Shown in pieces: positions 8,270 to 17,393 of a stretch of 31,750 nucleotides of DNA (positions are counted from its first letter, which is position 1; each line of letters starts with the position of its first letter). Made by a program: the position numbers and the translations under genes. Below the pieces are notes generated by a model. The model worked only from the letters and a program-made list of their open reading frames with translations. It was not told where the DNA came from and ran no database searches. The stretch spans positions 1 through 31,750 of the IMG/VR virus record IMGVR_UViG_3300011335_000166. One strand, 5' to 3'. Source of the DNA: a virus (taxonomy: Duplodnaviria; Caudoviricetes).

Positions 8270-9348
8270 CAGTCCATGCGATGTACGGACTCGCAGGTTC
8301 GGCATCAACATGGAACGGATTCAAAATATATCCACAAGGACTGGCCACATATTCAGATGATGTGGTGGTCGCGCACACAATGGAATGGGCGAACCAAGAT
8401 CTCTCGACACCGATCCTGTTGATGACATTGTTCGACACTTGGGTGTTGAAGTCGGAGTCGTTGAAAACTTTGAAGAACATCGCATCGTGGGTTCCGATTG
8501 ATCATCAGCCGGCACCACCAGATGTGTTGCAATGGTTGGCACGCGACAACGTGCGACCGATCGCAATGTCAAAGTTTGGTTCACGAATGATGGACATCGC
8601 AGGCATTGAACATCTTTATGTTCCGCACGCAATCGAACCTGTGTTCCAACCGACGAAGTCTGTTGCGTTGGCGAACGGTAAGCAGATGACTGGCCGAGAG
8701 TTCATGGGATGGGAAGAAGACAGATTCGTTGTCAGCATGGTCGCCACCAACAAAGGTACGCAACCTGCGCGAAAGGCGTGGGCTGAGAACATTCTTGCGT
8801 TCTCAATGTTTGCCAAAGATAAACCTGATGCGGTGCTGTATCTGTACACCGAACCTGATGGTGCGATGTCTGGGATTAGTTTGCCGACTTTGCTTGACGC
8901 GGTCGGCATCGCACCGGACAGATACAAAGTTGTTGACCAATATGCGTACCGTCACGGGTTACCGCAACAGATGATGGCTGCAATGTACACGGCTTCCGAT
9001 GTCCTGTTGGCTTGCTCAATGGGTGAAGGTTTCGGCATTCCGGTGATAGAAGCACAGGCTTGCGGATGTCGAGTGATCGTCTCCAACTTCACCGCACAAC
9101 CTGAACTTGTCGGCGACGGCTGGACGGTCGAAGGTCAGCCGTGGTGGGATGCGGCACAGAAGTCATGGTTCTTCACACCGTCCGTGCCTGACATCGTGAA
9201 CGCACTCCAGAACGCCTACAACGCGCCCAGAAGCCTGTCTCAGGACGCAATCACCCATGCCCTAGGGTACGGAGCCGATACCGTCTTTGAGGAACATTGG
9301 AAGCCTGTAATGAAGGAGCTGTCAACATGGTGCCGATCCCAGTCATAG
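8047..9348 (+). CDS. Glycosyltransferase, GT-B fold (GT4-like)
   Basis: RILWYSNAPWAATGYG N-terminus, RK motif, EGFGIPVIEAQACG (EX7E). Start uncertain (GTG 8047 or TTG 8035). Confidence 0.9.
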   Translation: MDYGNRQRRSNRDGRSLGGTANPSGRSTLIGSVRPANPDRLRILWYSNAPWAATGYGQQTAQVIQRLAKEDHKVAVHAMYGLAGSASTWNGFKIYPQGLATYSDDVVVAHTMEWANQDLSTPILLMTLFDTWVLKSESLKTLKNIASWVPIDHQPAPPDVLQWLARDNVRPIAMSKFGSRMMDIAGIEHLYVPHAIEPVFQPTKSVALANGKQMTGREFMGWEEDRFVVSMVATNKGTQPARKAWAENILAFSMFAKDKPDAVLYLYTEPDGAMSGISLPTLLDAVGIAPDRYKVVDQYAYRHGLPQQMMAAMYTASDVLLACSMGEGFGIPVIEAQACGCRVIVSNFTAQPELVGDGWTVEGQPWWDAAQKSWFFTPSVPDIVNALQNAYNAPRSLSQDAITHALGYGADTVFEEHWKPVMKELSTWCRSQS

Positions 9349-9986
9349 TCATCCCAGTACTCAACAGATACGACCTGCTTGAAAGATGTATTGATTCAAT
9401 CGACTGCGAAGTCGACAAGATCATCATCATTGACAACGGAGGTGAGATTGAAGATGACTGTTTGAAGATGCCAAGAAACAGCAAACATGGCAAGACATAC
9501 ATCTACGACATGCCATCAAATCTTGGTGTCGCAACATCTTGGAATCTTGGAATCAAGATGACACCGTTCGCTAAAGGTTGGATCATGTTGAACTCTGATG
9601 CGTGGTTCGCACCGGATCAGTTACGAAAGTTCTTTGACGGATGTGTGTCTGATGAGATACATCTTGGAGGTTCACCAGGTTGGGCTTGCGCGTGGATCGG
9701 CAATCAAGTTGTTGAAGATGTCGGACTGTTCTGCGAAGCGTTCCATCCCGCATACTTCGAAGACAACGACTATGAACGTCGAGCGACACGGCTCGGCAAG
9801 AAGATCACACACAGCGATGCAACAATCATGCACGACAACTCGTCAACAATTCTGTCCGATGTTTCTCTACAAGATAAGAACGCTGGAAGTTTCAGAGCGA
9901 ATCATGAACTGTTCAAACTTCGCAACGCAAGACTTGACGCGGGTCAGTGGGATCTACGACGCAGACTTGATCTCAGTTGGGACTGA
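9327..9986 (+). CDS. Glycosyltransferase, GT-A fold (GT2-like)
   Basis: VIVIPVLNR, IIIIDNG, NLGVATSWNLG, LNSD, YFEDNDY; SD AAGGAG precedes ATG 9327. Confidence 0.88.
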   Translation: MVPIPVIVIPVLNRYDLLERCIDSIDCEVDKIIIIDNGGEIEDDCLKMPRNSKHGKTYIYDMPSNLGVATSWNLGIKMTPFAKGWIMLNSDAWFAPDQLRKFFDGCVSDEIHLGGSPGWACAWIGNQVVEDVGLFCEAFHPAYFEDNDYERRATRLGKKITHSDATIMHDNSSTILSDVSLQDKNAGSFRANHELFKLRNARLDAGQWDLRRRLDLSWD

Positions 9987-10648
9987 TGGCTAGTTACGCG
10001 GTAATCACTTCGGTGTGGGGAGATTACTGGGAGCGGTTCGGTGAGCAGTTCATAAACAATCTTCAAGGTCTGTCAACGCAACCCGACGAAGTGATGGTTG
10101 CTTCATCTGTGCCGATCAACTTGCCGAAAGGTTTCACCAATGTCATCTCCGATGTGATGATGTGGGATTCCTACAGTGATGCCGTGAAGGCAAGTAGCGC
10201 GCAGTGGGTGTGGCCTGTCGGTGTGGATGACAAGTTCTGCGACGGTGCATTCAAAGGATTGCCTACCGATTGTGACGTGGTATCGGTAACAGGTGTCAGG
10301 TCTGACAATGGCGGTCTGTTCCAAGCCGATGCGGATGCTTACACTTGGATGTTGAATAATCCGAACAATCCGATGTCTGGCAGTGTGGTGATGCAGCGTC
10401 ATGTCTGGGATTCATGTCCGTGGCGACGTGTCATCTGGCCTGACTGGGTGCAGTGGTTGGAGATAAACAAACTCGGTTTCAATGTCAAGTTTGATCGAGT
10501 GGACAGGTTCACCTTCGTTCGGCATGATGGTGCGCATTCTGCTCGACCGTCATCGGTTGGTCAACAACAATGTGATGATATGAGAAACATTCTGCGTGCT
10601 AGTAATGTGGTGCCTGGTGTAGAGTTCCCACCATTGATCTTGAAGTAA
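9986..10648 (+). CDS. Divergent GT-A glycosyltransferase-like protein
   Basis: YAVITSVW, QPDEVMV, WVWPVGVDD (DxD-like) and DWVQW; adjacent to two other GT genes. Confidence 0.65.
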   Translation: MASYAVITSVWGDYWERFGEQFINNLQGLSTQPDEVMVASSVPINLPKGFTNVISDVMMWDSYSDAVKASSAQWVWPVGVDDKFCDGAFKGLPTDCDVVSVTGVRSDNGGLFQADADAYTWMLNNPNNPMSGSVVMQRHVWDSCPWRRVIWPDWVQWLEINKLGFNVKFDRVDRFTFVRHDGAHSARPSSVGQQQCDDMRNILRASNVVPGVEFPPLILK

Positions 10649-10659
10649 GATAAGGAACT

Positions 10660-11286
10660 ATGAGTATCGTCAACGGCTACGCGACCAGGAACCAAATTAA
10701 GGCTGCCCTCAGAATCGGCACAGCCGACACACAAGACGACGATCTGATTGACAACTGTGCCGGTGCAGCCAGTCGACTGATTGACGGCTACGCGAACCGA
10801 CAGTTCTGGCAATACGGTTCTGCAACGGTCAGATTGTTTACCGCAGCCGATTCATTCGTGTGCGAGATAGACGACATCGCATCCACTGCGATCACACTCA
10901 AAACACAAACGAACGCAGACGGCAACTTTGATGTCACGTTCACACCAACCGACTACCAACTAGAACCTGTCAACGGAATCTTGGACGGACTCACCGTCCC
11001 GTTCACACGCATCCGCGCAGTCGGCGACTTCTTGTTCCCAACCTTGAACGCCAACTTCGGTCAAGAAGCACTCGTGCAACTCACCGCGATCTACGGTTGG
11101 CCGTCAGTACCAGAACCGATCACACAAGCAGTCATCATTCAGGCTTCAAGAATCTTCAAGCGTTACGATTCACCGCTCGGCGTTGCCGGCTTCGGAGACT
11201 TGGGTGCGATACGAGTGACACGCGCACTCGATCCAGATGTCGCACAACTTGTCGAGCCATATCGCCGAATGCGAATGTTCGCATGA
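10660..11286 (+). CDS. Head-to-tail adaptor
   Basis: YATRNQIKAAL, AASRLIDGY.NRQF, YGWPSVPEPITQA, DPDVAQLVEPYRR, typical of actinophage adaptors. Confidence 0.85.
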   Translation: MSIVNGYATRNQIKAALRIGTADTQDDDLIDNCAGAASRLIDGYANRQFWQYGSATVRLFTAADSFVCEIDDIASTAITLKTQTNADGNFDVTFTPTDYQLEPVNGILDGLTVPFTRIRAVGDFLFPTLNANFGQEALVQLTAIYGWPSVPEPITQAVIIQASRIFKRYDSPLGVAGFGDLGAIRVTRALDPDVAQLVEPYRRMRMFA

Positions 11287-11693
11287 CCGCAACAGTCACT
11301 CAACTCAAAGACGGACTCAAGGCCAGGCTCGACACAATCACGAACCTGCGTGCGTTCGCACAGCAACCTGATCAGGTCAATCCGTCGCTTGGCGGTATCG
11401 CATTCCCAACCTTGGAGTCAGTCACCTATCACGGTGCGATGGGCAACGGACTTGTCACCCATGTGTTCACGATAAGTGTGATCGTTGGCCGTGCAGCCGA
11501 ACGAACAACGCAAGCGTTGATGGACACATATCTGTCTTACGACAGCGGGATCCGTGCAGCGATTGAAGGCGACCAGACTCTCGGCGGAGTTGCACAAACC
11601 CTGATCGTCGAAGAAGCGTCCAACATCTCGACAGTCGATGCGAACGATACGACCTATCTGACGGTTGACTTTCGTGTCGTGGTGTACGCTTAG
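11283..11693 (+). CDS. Tail terminator/completion protein
   Basis: ATGA overlap with the adaptor; size; position before the tail tube; AIEGDQTLGG. Confidence 0.7.
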   Translation: MTATVTQLKDGLKARLDTITNLRAFAQQPDQVNPSLGGIAFPTLESVTYHGAMGNGLVTHVFTISVIVGRAAERTTQALMDTYLSYDSGIRAAIEGDQTLGGVAQTLIVEEASNISTVDANDTTYLTVDFRVVVYA

Positions 11694-11696
11694 GCC

Positions 11697-11864
11697 ATGG
11701 CAAAATATCAGATAGTCGAAGGCTTCACGGTTCTAGACAAACAATATCCAGCCACTATTGATGGCGACGAGGTAGATCATCTAGACTCTCTAGTGGCATC
11801 GGGTCGCATTGTCTTGGTGGCAGATAAATCAACTTCTAAAGCCGTACCGGCAGGAGATAAATAA
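11697..11864 (+). CDS. Small hypothetical protein (55 aa)
   Basis: Not in the ORF track. MAKYQIVEGFTVLDKQYPATIDGDEVDHLDSLVASGRIVLV... fills the gap exactly. Confidence 0.7.
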   Translation: MAKYQIVEGFTVLDKQYPATIDGDEVDHLDSLVASGRIVLVADKSTSKAVPAGDK

Positions 11865-11866
11865 TC

Positions 11867-12274
11867 ATGGCAAAGTTAGTTCTCACCAACACATCAGTGA
11901 CCTTGAATGGAACAGACGTATCTTCGAGCGTGGCAGCAATAACATTATCGACTACAGCAGCAGAGGTACCAACAACAAACTTCGGCAGTGGTGGTGCAGT
12001 AACTCGCGTGTCAGGTTTGATCGACAATTCTGTGACGATGTCAATGCACAATGACTACAACTCGATTGACGGATTGATCTTCCCATTGGTGGGTTCAACG
12101 GCTGTCACGATGGTTGTCAAAGCAGGAACCGCCGCAGTCAGCACGGCTAATCCGAGCTATACCTTCAGTGTGTTGCCAACGAATTGGACTTGCGTGAACG
12201 GTGCCGTGGGAGAGCTTAATACTGCGGACGTAACGTGGCCAATCAGCGGAGCAATCACAAAGGCGACCGCATAG
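11867..12274 (+). CDS. Major tail (tube) protein
   Basis: SD AGGAG; 135-aa beta-rich protein ending DVTWPISGAITKA; precedes the chaperone. Confidence 0.8.
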   Translation: MAKLVLTNTSVTLNGTDVSSSVAAITLSTTAAEVPTTNFGSGGAVTRVSGLIDNSVTMSMHNDYNSIDGLIFPLVGSTAVTMVVKAGTAAVSTANPSYTFSVLPTNWTCVNGAVGELNTADVTWPISGAITKATA

Positions 12275-12301
12275 TTCTTAAAAAATAATCAGGAGGTAAG
12301 A

Positions 12302-12586
12302 ATGAAAATCAATCTAGAGGTGATAACGCTTGACGCTGTCACAACAAAAGTCACCGCACAGTTCGCCGACTTCATCGCATTCGAAGGCGAGAAGAATCGT
12401 TCAGTCGCAAACTTCCAAACAGAACTTCGACTCACCGATCTTGCCTGGTTGGCATGGCATGCGCAGAAGCGAACCAAGACGACCGCGTTGAAGTTTGAAG
12501 AATGGATTGAGACAGTCGACAGTGTGGAGGTTGGAACCGATTCTGCGGTGATCGTCCCTTTGGAGAATCCTCAGCCCACTGGCTGA
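12302..12586 (+). CDS. Tail assembly chaperone (G-like)
   Basis: SD AGGAGG; follows the tail tube; slippery heptamer near the 3' end. Confidence 0.8.
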   Translation: MKINLEVITLDAVTTKVTAQFADFIAFEGEKNRSVANFQTELRLTDLAWLAWHAQKRTKTTALKFEEWIETVDSVEVGTDSAVIVPLENPQPTG

Positions 12587-12720
12587 TCGCATATTTATCC
12601 TGCGAGACACACATCGCACCATCAGTCCTTCTTCAAGAATCGCCTAGGATGTTATATACGATGCTCGGCTATCTGCGCTGGAAGAGTGTCAAGATGAACC
12701 CGAACCAAAGGATCAACTGA
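12556..12720 (+). CDS. -1 frameshift extension of the tail assembly chaperone (GT-like)
   Basis: C CCT TTG at 12556-12562 is in the correct phase. The -1 frame reads PFGESSAHWLIAYLSCETHIAPSVLLQESPRMLYTMLGYLRW... to a TGA ending at 12720, which overlaps the next ATG. Confidence 0.8.
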   Translation, partial: PFGESSAHWLIAYLSCETHIAPSVLLQESPRMLYTMLGYLRWKSVKMNPNQRIN

Positions 12721-13268
12721 TGGCCTTCTCAGCATTCCCTAATCTGCCAGGTGACACAGGCACAACGATGGGTCGCGCCGGTCAGGCAAGTCTGGCGAAC
12801 AACACTGTCCAAGTCAAAGATCTCTTTGAGATGTTGCAGAAGTTTGCGAAGGCAAGTCCTGTGTTCAGTAAGGAGATGCGCAAAGTCGGCTATGCAATCG
12901 CAAGAGACTTAGAAGGCAAAGTCCGTATCGAAGCAGGCACGGTCAGTCGAGCCAGTCAAGCGATACAGGTTGCCAAAGGATTGCGTGCAAAGAACGATCG
13001 CATCCCAACGATCTCGCTTCGCAGCAAAGAACCGTTCATCTCGAAGTCTCGTCCGAATCGGACTCGCAAGAAACCTGTGACTCGTGGTGATGTGTTCTTC
13101 GGTGCAGAGTTCGGTGGTGGTGCTACAAAGACAACCAAGCAGTTCCTCCGGCATCGTGGTCAGTCGGGTTACTTCTTCTGGCCGACCGTGCGCAAACGCA
13201 AGAACGAGATCGCCAAAGAATACTTGGAAGGCATGGACCGTGTGGTCAAAGAACTAGGCATCGGCTGA
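12720..13268 (+). CDS. HK97 gp10-like neck/tail component
   Basis: Basic protein with FFGAEFG and terminal YFFWPTV motifs. Confidence 0.6.
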   Translation: MAFSAFPNLPGDTGTTMGRAGQASLANNTVQVKDLFEMLQKFAKASPVFSKEMRKVGYAIARDLEGKVRIEAGTVSRASQAIQVAKGLRAKNDRIPTISLRSKEPFISKSRPNRTRKKPVTRGDVFFGAEFGGGATKTTKQFLRHRGQSGYFFWPTVRKRKNEIAKEYLEGMDRVVKELGIG

Positions 13269-13271
13269 TAC

Positions 13272-13299
13272 TTGCATTCGGCTGACGATCCGCTATCGT
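13272..13299 (+). promoter_or_regulatory. Putative sigma70/SigA-type promoter
   Basis: TTGCAT-16 nt-TATCGT, then SD GGAGG (13307-13311) before GTG 13321. Confidence 0.5.
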
Positions 13300-13320
13300 G
13301 GTAGTCGGAGGTTCTGCACA

Positions 13321-14034
13321 GTGTTTGAAGTAGTCGGGTTCCCATCGGTCAAGTCGATCTATCCCAAGACCATCGCCGAATCGTGGATGGAGTTTGCGAC
13401 CATGCTCGGCAACCATCAAGAACGAGCCAACAAGTCTGACGGCGATCTCTACTCACCAGTCACCTACCGTCAATACACAACTCGTGGCAATCGCAACGTG
13501 TCTCACATTTGGGCGTTGGTTGCGGACCTTGACGGTGAAGCATTTGAGAAAGCAGATCTGGGATCGTATATACACTTTGCGTACACAACCTGGTCGCATC
13601 GGCAAGACAATCCGCACTGGCATGTCGTCATCCCATTCGAGCAGTCTGTGCCGGTGCAGAACTGGGAAGAAGTTTGGTATGAGACACATGAGCGTCTGTG
13701 TCTCAAAGGTGATCCTGCGACTAAAGATCCTGCGCGTATCTTCTATCTTCCGCAACACGAAGCAGGTCAGGAGTTCCGTGTTCATCATTCAGGTTGGCGG
13801 TTCTTAGATCCGACCATCACAGATATTGCTGCACCAGCACGACGATTCAACACTCCGAACATTCGCACCAAAACACAAACCAGAGGTGGTAAGTGGGCGA
13901 GAGTTGTGATGGATCCGAAGTGGTGGGATGCACCAGTCGACTTGTCACAGTATGACGGCATGACACAGCAAGAGATTCACCGCGACATGCAACGCGAGTG
14001 GGCTGAGTTGCGTAAACGGATGTCCATCAACTGA
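13321..14034 (+). CDS. Stand-alone AEP-superfamily primase/polymerase-like domain protein
   Basis: YSP...RGNRNV, motif I ALVADLD, motif II YTTWSH...PHWHVVIP, motif III DPATKDPARIFYLP, as in primase N-termini of phage primase-helicases; no helicase attached. Confidence 0.75.
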   Translation: MFEVVGFPSVKSIYPKTIAESWMEFATMLGNHQERANKSDGDLYSPVTYRQYTTRGNRNVSHIWALVADLDGEAFEKADLGSYIHFAYTTWSHRQDNPHWHVVIPFEQSVPVQNWEEVWYETHERLCLKGDPATKDPARIFYLPQHEAGQEFRVHHSGWRFLDPTITDIAAPARRFNTPNIRTKTQTRGGKWARVVMDPKWWDAPVDLSQYDGMTQQEIHRDMQREWAELRKRMSIN

Positions 14035-14050
14035 GTAGAATTGCATCACC

Positions 14051-16138
14051 ATGGCAGGTGAACGCACATTCGTTGTTAAGATTCTCGGCAACTCGGACGG
14101 TGCTATTACGGCGTTCAAGAAACTCGCCAAAGAAGGTCAAGAATCTATTGAGAAGATTCAATCCGTTGGTAGCAAGATCGGTGCAGCATTTGATGTCGTA
14201 AAGAAGGCGGCGTTCATTGCTGTCGGTGCATTCACCGCGGTCGCAGGTGTAGCGACTGCAGCGGTCGCAGCAGCAGCAGCCGACGAGAAGTCACAGAAAC
14301 TTCTTGCCGATCAGTTAATCAAGTCGGCTGACGCAACCTTGGCACAAGTGTCCGCCACGGAAGCGTTCATCGAGCAGGCGATGTTGGCGACAGGTATCGC
14401 CGACGACGAGTTGCGACCAGCGTTCGGGAACCTCGCTCGTGCCACAGGTGATCTAGAAAAATCTCAGCGTCTGTTCACGCTCGCCCTCGACATTAGTGCG
14501 GCAACTGGGCGCGACCTGGAGTCCGTAACACTAGGTCTCGGACGTGCGGCAACTGGTCAGATCGGCGCACTCACTCGACTTGGCATACCGTTGGATGAAG
14601 GTGCAAAGAAGTCAAAAGACTTCGGCGCAATCCTCAAGACACTTGAAGGTCAGTTTGGTGGCGCAGCCGCAACCGCAGCCGACACATTCTCTGGACGAGT
14701 CAAGATTCTCAAGACATCGCTTGGCGAAGTGGTTGAATCAATCGGATATCTACTTCTTCCCGCTGCTGAAAAATTGGTCAAGTTCTTTCAAGAACGCCTT
14801 GTTCCGGCCTTGAAGGCTGCGGTTGATGGCTTCAAAGAAAAAGGAATGACAGGTGCAATCAAATACTTTCTAGCAGCACTTGGTCCATTAGGTATTGCAA
14901 TCATCAACACGTTTGAATCAATCACCTTGGCTGTGTTCAGTTTGGGTGGTCAGGTCGGCAAACTTGCTGCGATTCTTGCTTTATCGTCGGCACTAATTAT
15001 CGGACCAAGCGCAGCGTTTGATCTTTATAACAAAATTATCGCCGTCAGCGATGAGGCAACAGCCAAAGCAACTTTCAAGTTTGACAAACTTCGTGCAAGC
15101 GTATATCAAGCAGGACAATCTTTGAATCTTGCCGGAAATAAGTTAGGAGGGTTTATTGACCAGACAGACAATATCGGCAACAGGGTTCTGCCGAAAGCAA
15201 AAGAAGCGACAGAAGAGTGGGGTAGTTCTTTAGATGATGTTAAGGATCAGGCTGGTGGTGTTGCAAAGACGGTGGATGATACGAAAAAGAATCTGGAGAA
15301 GTACACCGATGCGTTGAAAGGTTCTACTTCTGCACAGAAGTCTTTCACCAATGCGCAGAAGGGAACCAAAGACGCACAACTTGGTTTGGCATCAGCGAAC
15401 ACAGATCTCGCTACCGCACAAGAAAACTTCAACCAAGCAATCAACGGCTACGGCAAAGATTCAACACAGGCGAAGGCTGCGCAACGCGAACTGTCAAAGG
15501 CTCAACGCAATGTGGCTCAGGCTGGATTCCGTGTCGAGGAGTCGGTGTTTGCTGTAACGGATGCCGAGAAGAAACTTGCTGAACTTCTCAAAGATCCAGA
15601 GACAAGCAAGCAGGCTATTCGTGAAGCAGAGATCAATCTTGCCCAAGCGAAGTTGGCTGTCGCCGATGCAACCGACACACAGTTTGATGCGACCAACGGT
15701 CTGTCAGTCGCACAACTCGCGTTGAACGAAGCGACAACCGGTGCCATCAGCGGATCTGAAACATATAAGAAGTTCTTGGATGCGGTCAACGATGCGAAGG
15801 ATGCGCAACTCAAAGCGTCTGAGCGTGTAACGGATGCGACCGACCGTGAGACCGAAGCGTTCGAGGCTCTTGCCGAAGCGATCAAGAAGGTGGCTGATGC
15901 TGCTGCGTTGATGCCGAACAGGAACTTGTTGTTGCCTTCTTTGCCTTCGGTGCCAACACCAACTGGTGGCGGTGCGAGCGGTGTACCAGCGGACATTCGT
16001 GGTGGTACTGGTCCAGCGATCGTGATCAACACAGGACTTGGCACGAACGGTGTTGAGGCTGGACGACAGATCGTAGAAGTGTTGCAACAATACAGTCGGA
16101 TTGGCGGCAACAACTTCCTAGAGTTTGCGGTTGCGTAA
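14051..16138 (+). CDS. Tape measure protein
   Basis: Longest ORF of the tail region (695 aa); Ala-rich and helical with hydrophobic segments; ends at the distal tail gene. Confidence 0.9.
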   Translation: MAGERTFVVKILGNSDGAITAFKKLAKEGQESIEKIQSVGSKIGAAFDVVKKAAFIAVGAFTAVAGVATAAVAAAAADEKSQKLLADQLIKSADATLAQVSATEAFIEQAMLATGIADDELRPAFGNLARATGDLEKSQRLFTLALDISAATGRDLESVTLGLGRAATGQIGALTRLGIPLDEGAKKSKDFGAILKTLEGQFGGAAATAADTFSGRVKILKTSLGEVVESIGYLLLPAAEKLVKFFQERLVPALKAAVDGFKEKGMTGAIKYFLAALGPLGIAIINTFESITLAVFSLGGQVGKLAAILALSSALIIGPSAAFDLYNKIIAVSDEATAKATFKFDKLRASVYQAGQSLNLAGNKLGGFIDQTDNIGNRVLPKAKEATEEWGSSLDDVKDQAGGVAKTVDDTKKNLEKYTDALKGSTSAQKSFTNAQKGTKDAQLGLASANTDLATAQENFNQAINGYGKDSTQAKAAQRELSKAQRNVAQAGFRVEESVFAVTDAEKKLAELLKDPETSKQAIREAEINLAQAKLAVADATDTQFDATNGLSVAQLALNEATTGAISGSETYKKFLDAVNDAKDAQLKASERVTDATDRETEAFEALAEAIKKVADAAALMPNRNLLLPSLPSVPTPTGGGASGVPADIRGGTGPAIVINTGLGTNGVEAGRQIVEVLQQYSRIGGNNFLEFAVA

Positions 16139-16140
16139 CC

Positions 16141-17385
16141 ATGCCAAAGACATTGAAGTGGGGTCAAGCGTATTCTGTTCTGCTAGATGTGGGTGCGGTT
16201 GCTGATGCGTTCACACTTGACACATCAACACTTGATGGGACAGATGTGTTGGATGGTTCAACAGACTTTGTGGATGCAACCGAATATGTGTTGGCCGTAG
16301 CAATCCAACGCGGTCGCGGATCACAAACAGAACAGTTCTCACCAGGCACCTGTCGCATCTTGGCGGACGACCGTGCATCAGGCCGACTGTTCGATCCAGC
16401 GAACACAGCATCAGAATGGTATGAAGGCACATTCGATCTCGCACCTAGACGGGCGATCAAAGTTCTTGCCGGCACAGCCGAACTGTTTGTGGGCGCGATC
16501 ACCGATCTGGACATCACGTATGAGATGCCGAACCTTTCGTTCGCTTCAATCATGTCAGCCGACGGACTGTACGAACTATCACGAACAGCACTCACCGCAT
16601 TCAACCCTTCTTCACAGTTGACTTCGGCTCGTGTGTCGGCGATCTTGGATCGCACCGAAGTTGCGTACTCGACTGCGTTGCGTGACATCACGACAGGTGT
16701 CGCAACTTGTGGCACGGTTGCGTACGCCGACAACACGAACACATTGTCAGCGTTGCAGGCGGTTGCTATCGCCGAAGATGGCAGACTGTTCGCCGACCGG
16801 AAGAACCAGATCGTGTTTGATCCACGTATCGACTTCACGTTCTCTACCGCCATCGCAACCTTCGGAGGGACAGCCGTGAATGCGATACCGCTACTCGACA
16901 TCACCGTGGCTTACGGTCAAGAAACATTGTTCAACCGAGTCCAAGTAGACATCGAAGGTGGCACGGCTGCACAGGTCGCAACGGATGCGACCAGTCAAAC
17001 AAAGTTCGGTGTGCAAACTTTGTCGTTCTCGAATGTGCCGTTGAATACTTTGGCTGCTGGTTCGGCGTTGGCACAGAACATTCTTGACAAATACAAAGAA
17101 CCTGTCATCCGCTTTGATGGGATCTCTACCAGTATGCAAGCCTGCGGATCCGCACTGTTCGCAACCGTCCTGACACTCGACGTGGGCGATGTCATCTCGG
17201 TCACGAAAACATATACGACTGGTCTGCCACTGTCACGCACCGACTCCGTGTTCATCGAATCCGTCAACCACGACATCACACCATCCGATCATCGGATAAG
17301 ATTCGGGCTAGGTCAAGCGCAACTCATCTTGCCGTTTGTTCTGGACACATCACCTTTAAACGACACAACTTATGGACTACAATAG
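16141..17385 (+). CDS. Minor tail / distal tail-hub protein
   Basis: Follows the tape measure; IQRGR, LFVGAITD, EDGRLFAD, LDVGDVISV, IESVNHDITP. Confidence 0.8.
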   Translation: MPKTLKWGQAYSVLLDVGAVADAFTLDTSTLDGTDVLDGSTDFVDATEYVLAVAIQRGRGSQTEQFSPGTCRILADDRASGRLFDPANTASEWYEGTFDLAPRRAIKVLAGTAELFVGAITDLDITYEMPNLSFASIMSADGLYELSRTALTAFNPSSQLTSARVSAILDRTEVAYSTALRDITTGVATCGTVAYADNTNTLSALQAVAIAEDGRLFADRKNQIVFDPRIDFTFSTAIATFGGTAVNAIPLLDITVAYGQETLFNRVQVDIEGGTAAQVATDATSQTKFGVQTLSFSNVPLNTLAAGSALAQNILDKYKEPVIRFDGISTSMQACGSALFATVLTLDVGDVISVTKTYTTGLPLSRTDSVFIESVNHDITPSDHRIRFGLGQAQLILPFVLDTSPLNDTTYGLQ

Positions 17386-17393
17386 GAGTCACC

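Noticed and set aside
14267-14281. GCA microsatellite as a phase-variation tract
   Set aside because: It is an in-frame poly-Ala stretch in an Ala-rich protein.
15517-16904. Long minus-strand ORFs (216 aa, 246 aa) and other antisense ORFs
   Set aside because: They shadow well-supported + strand genes, show no recognisable motifs, and are expected from codon bias.
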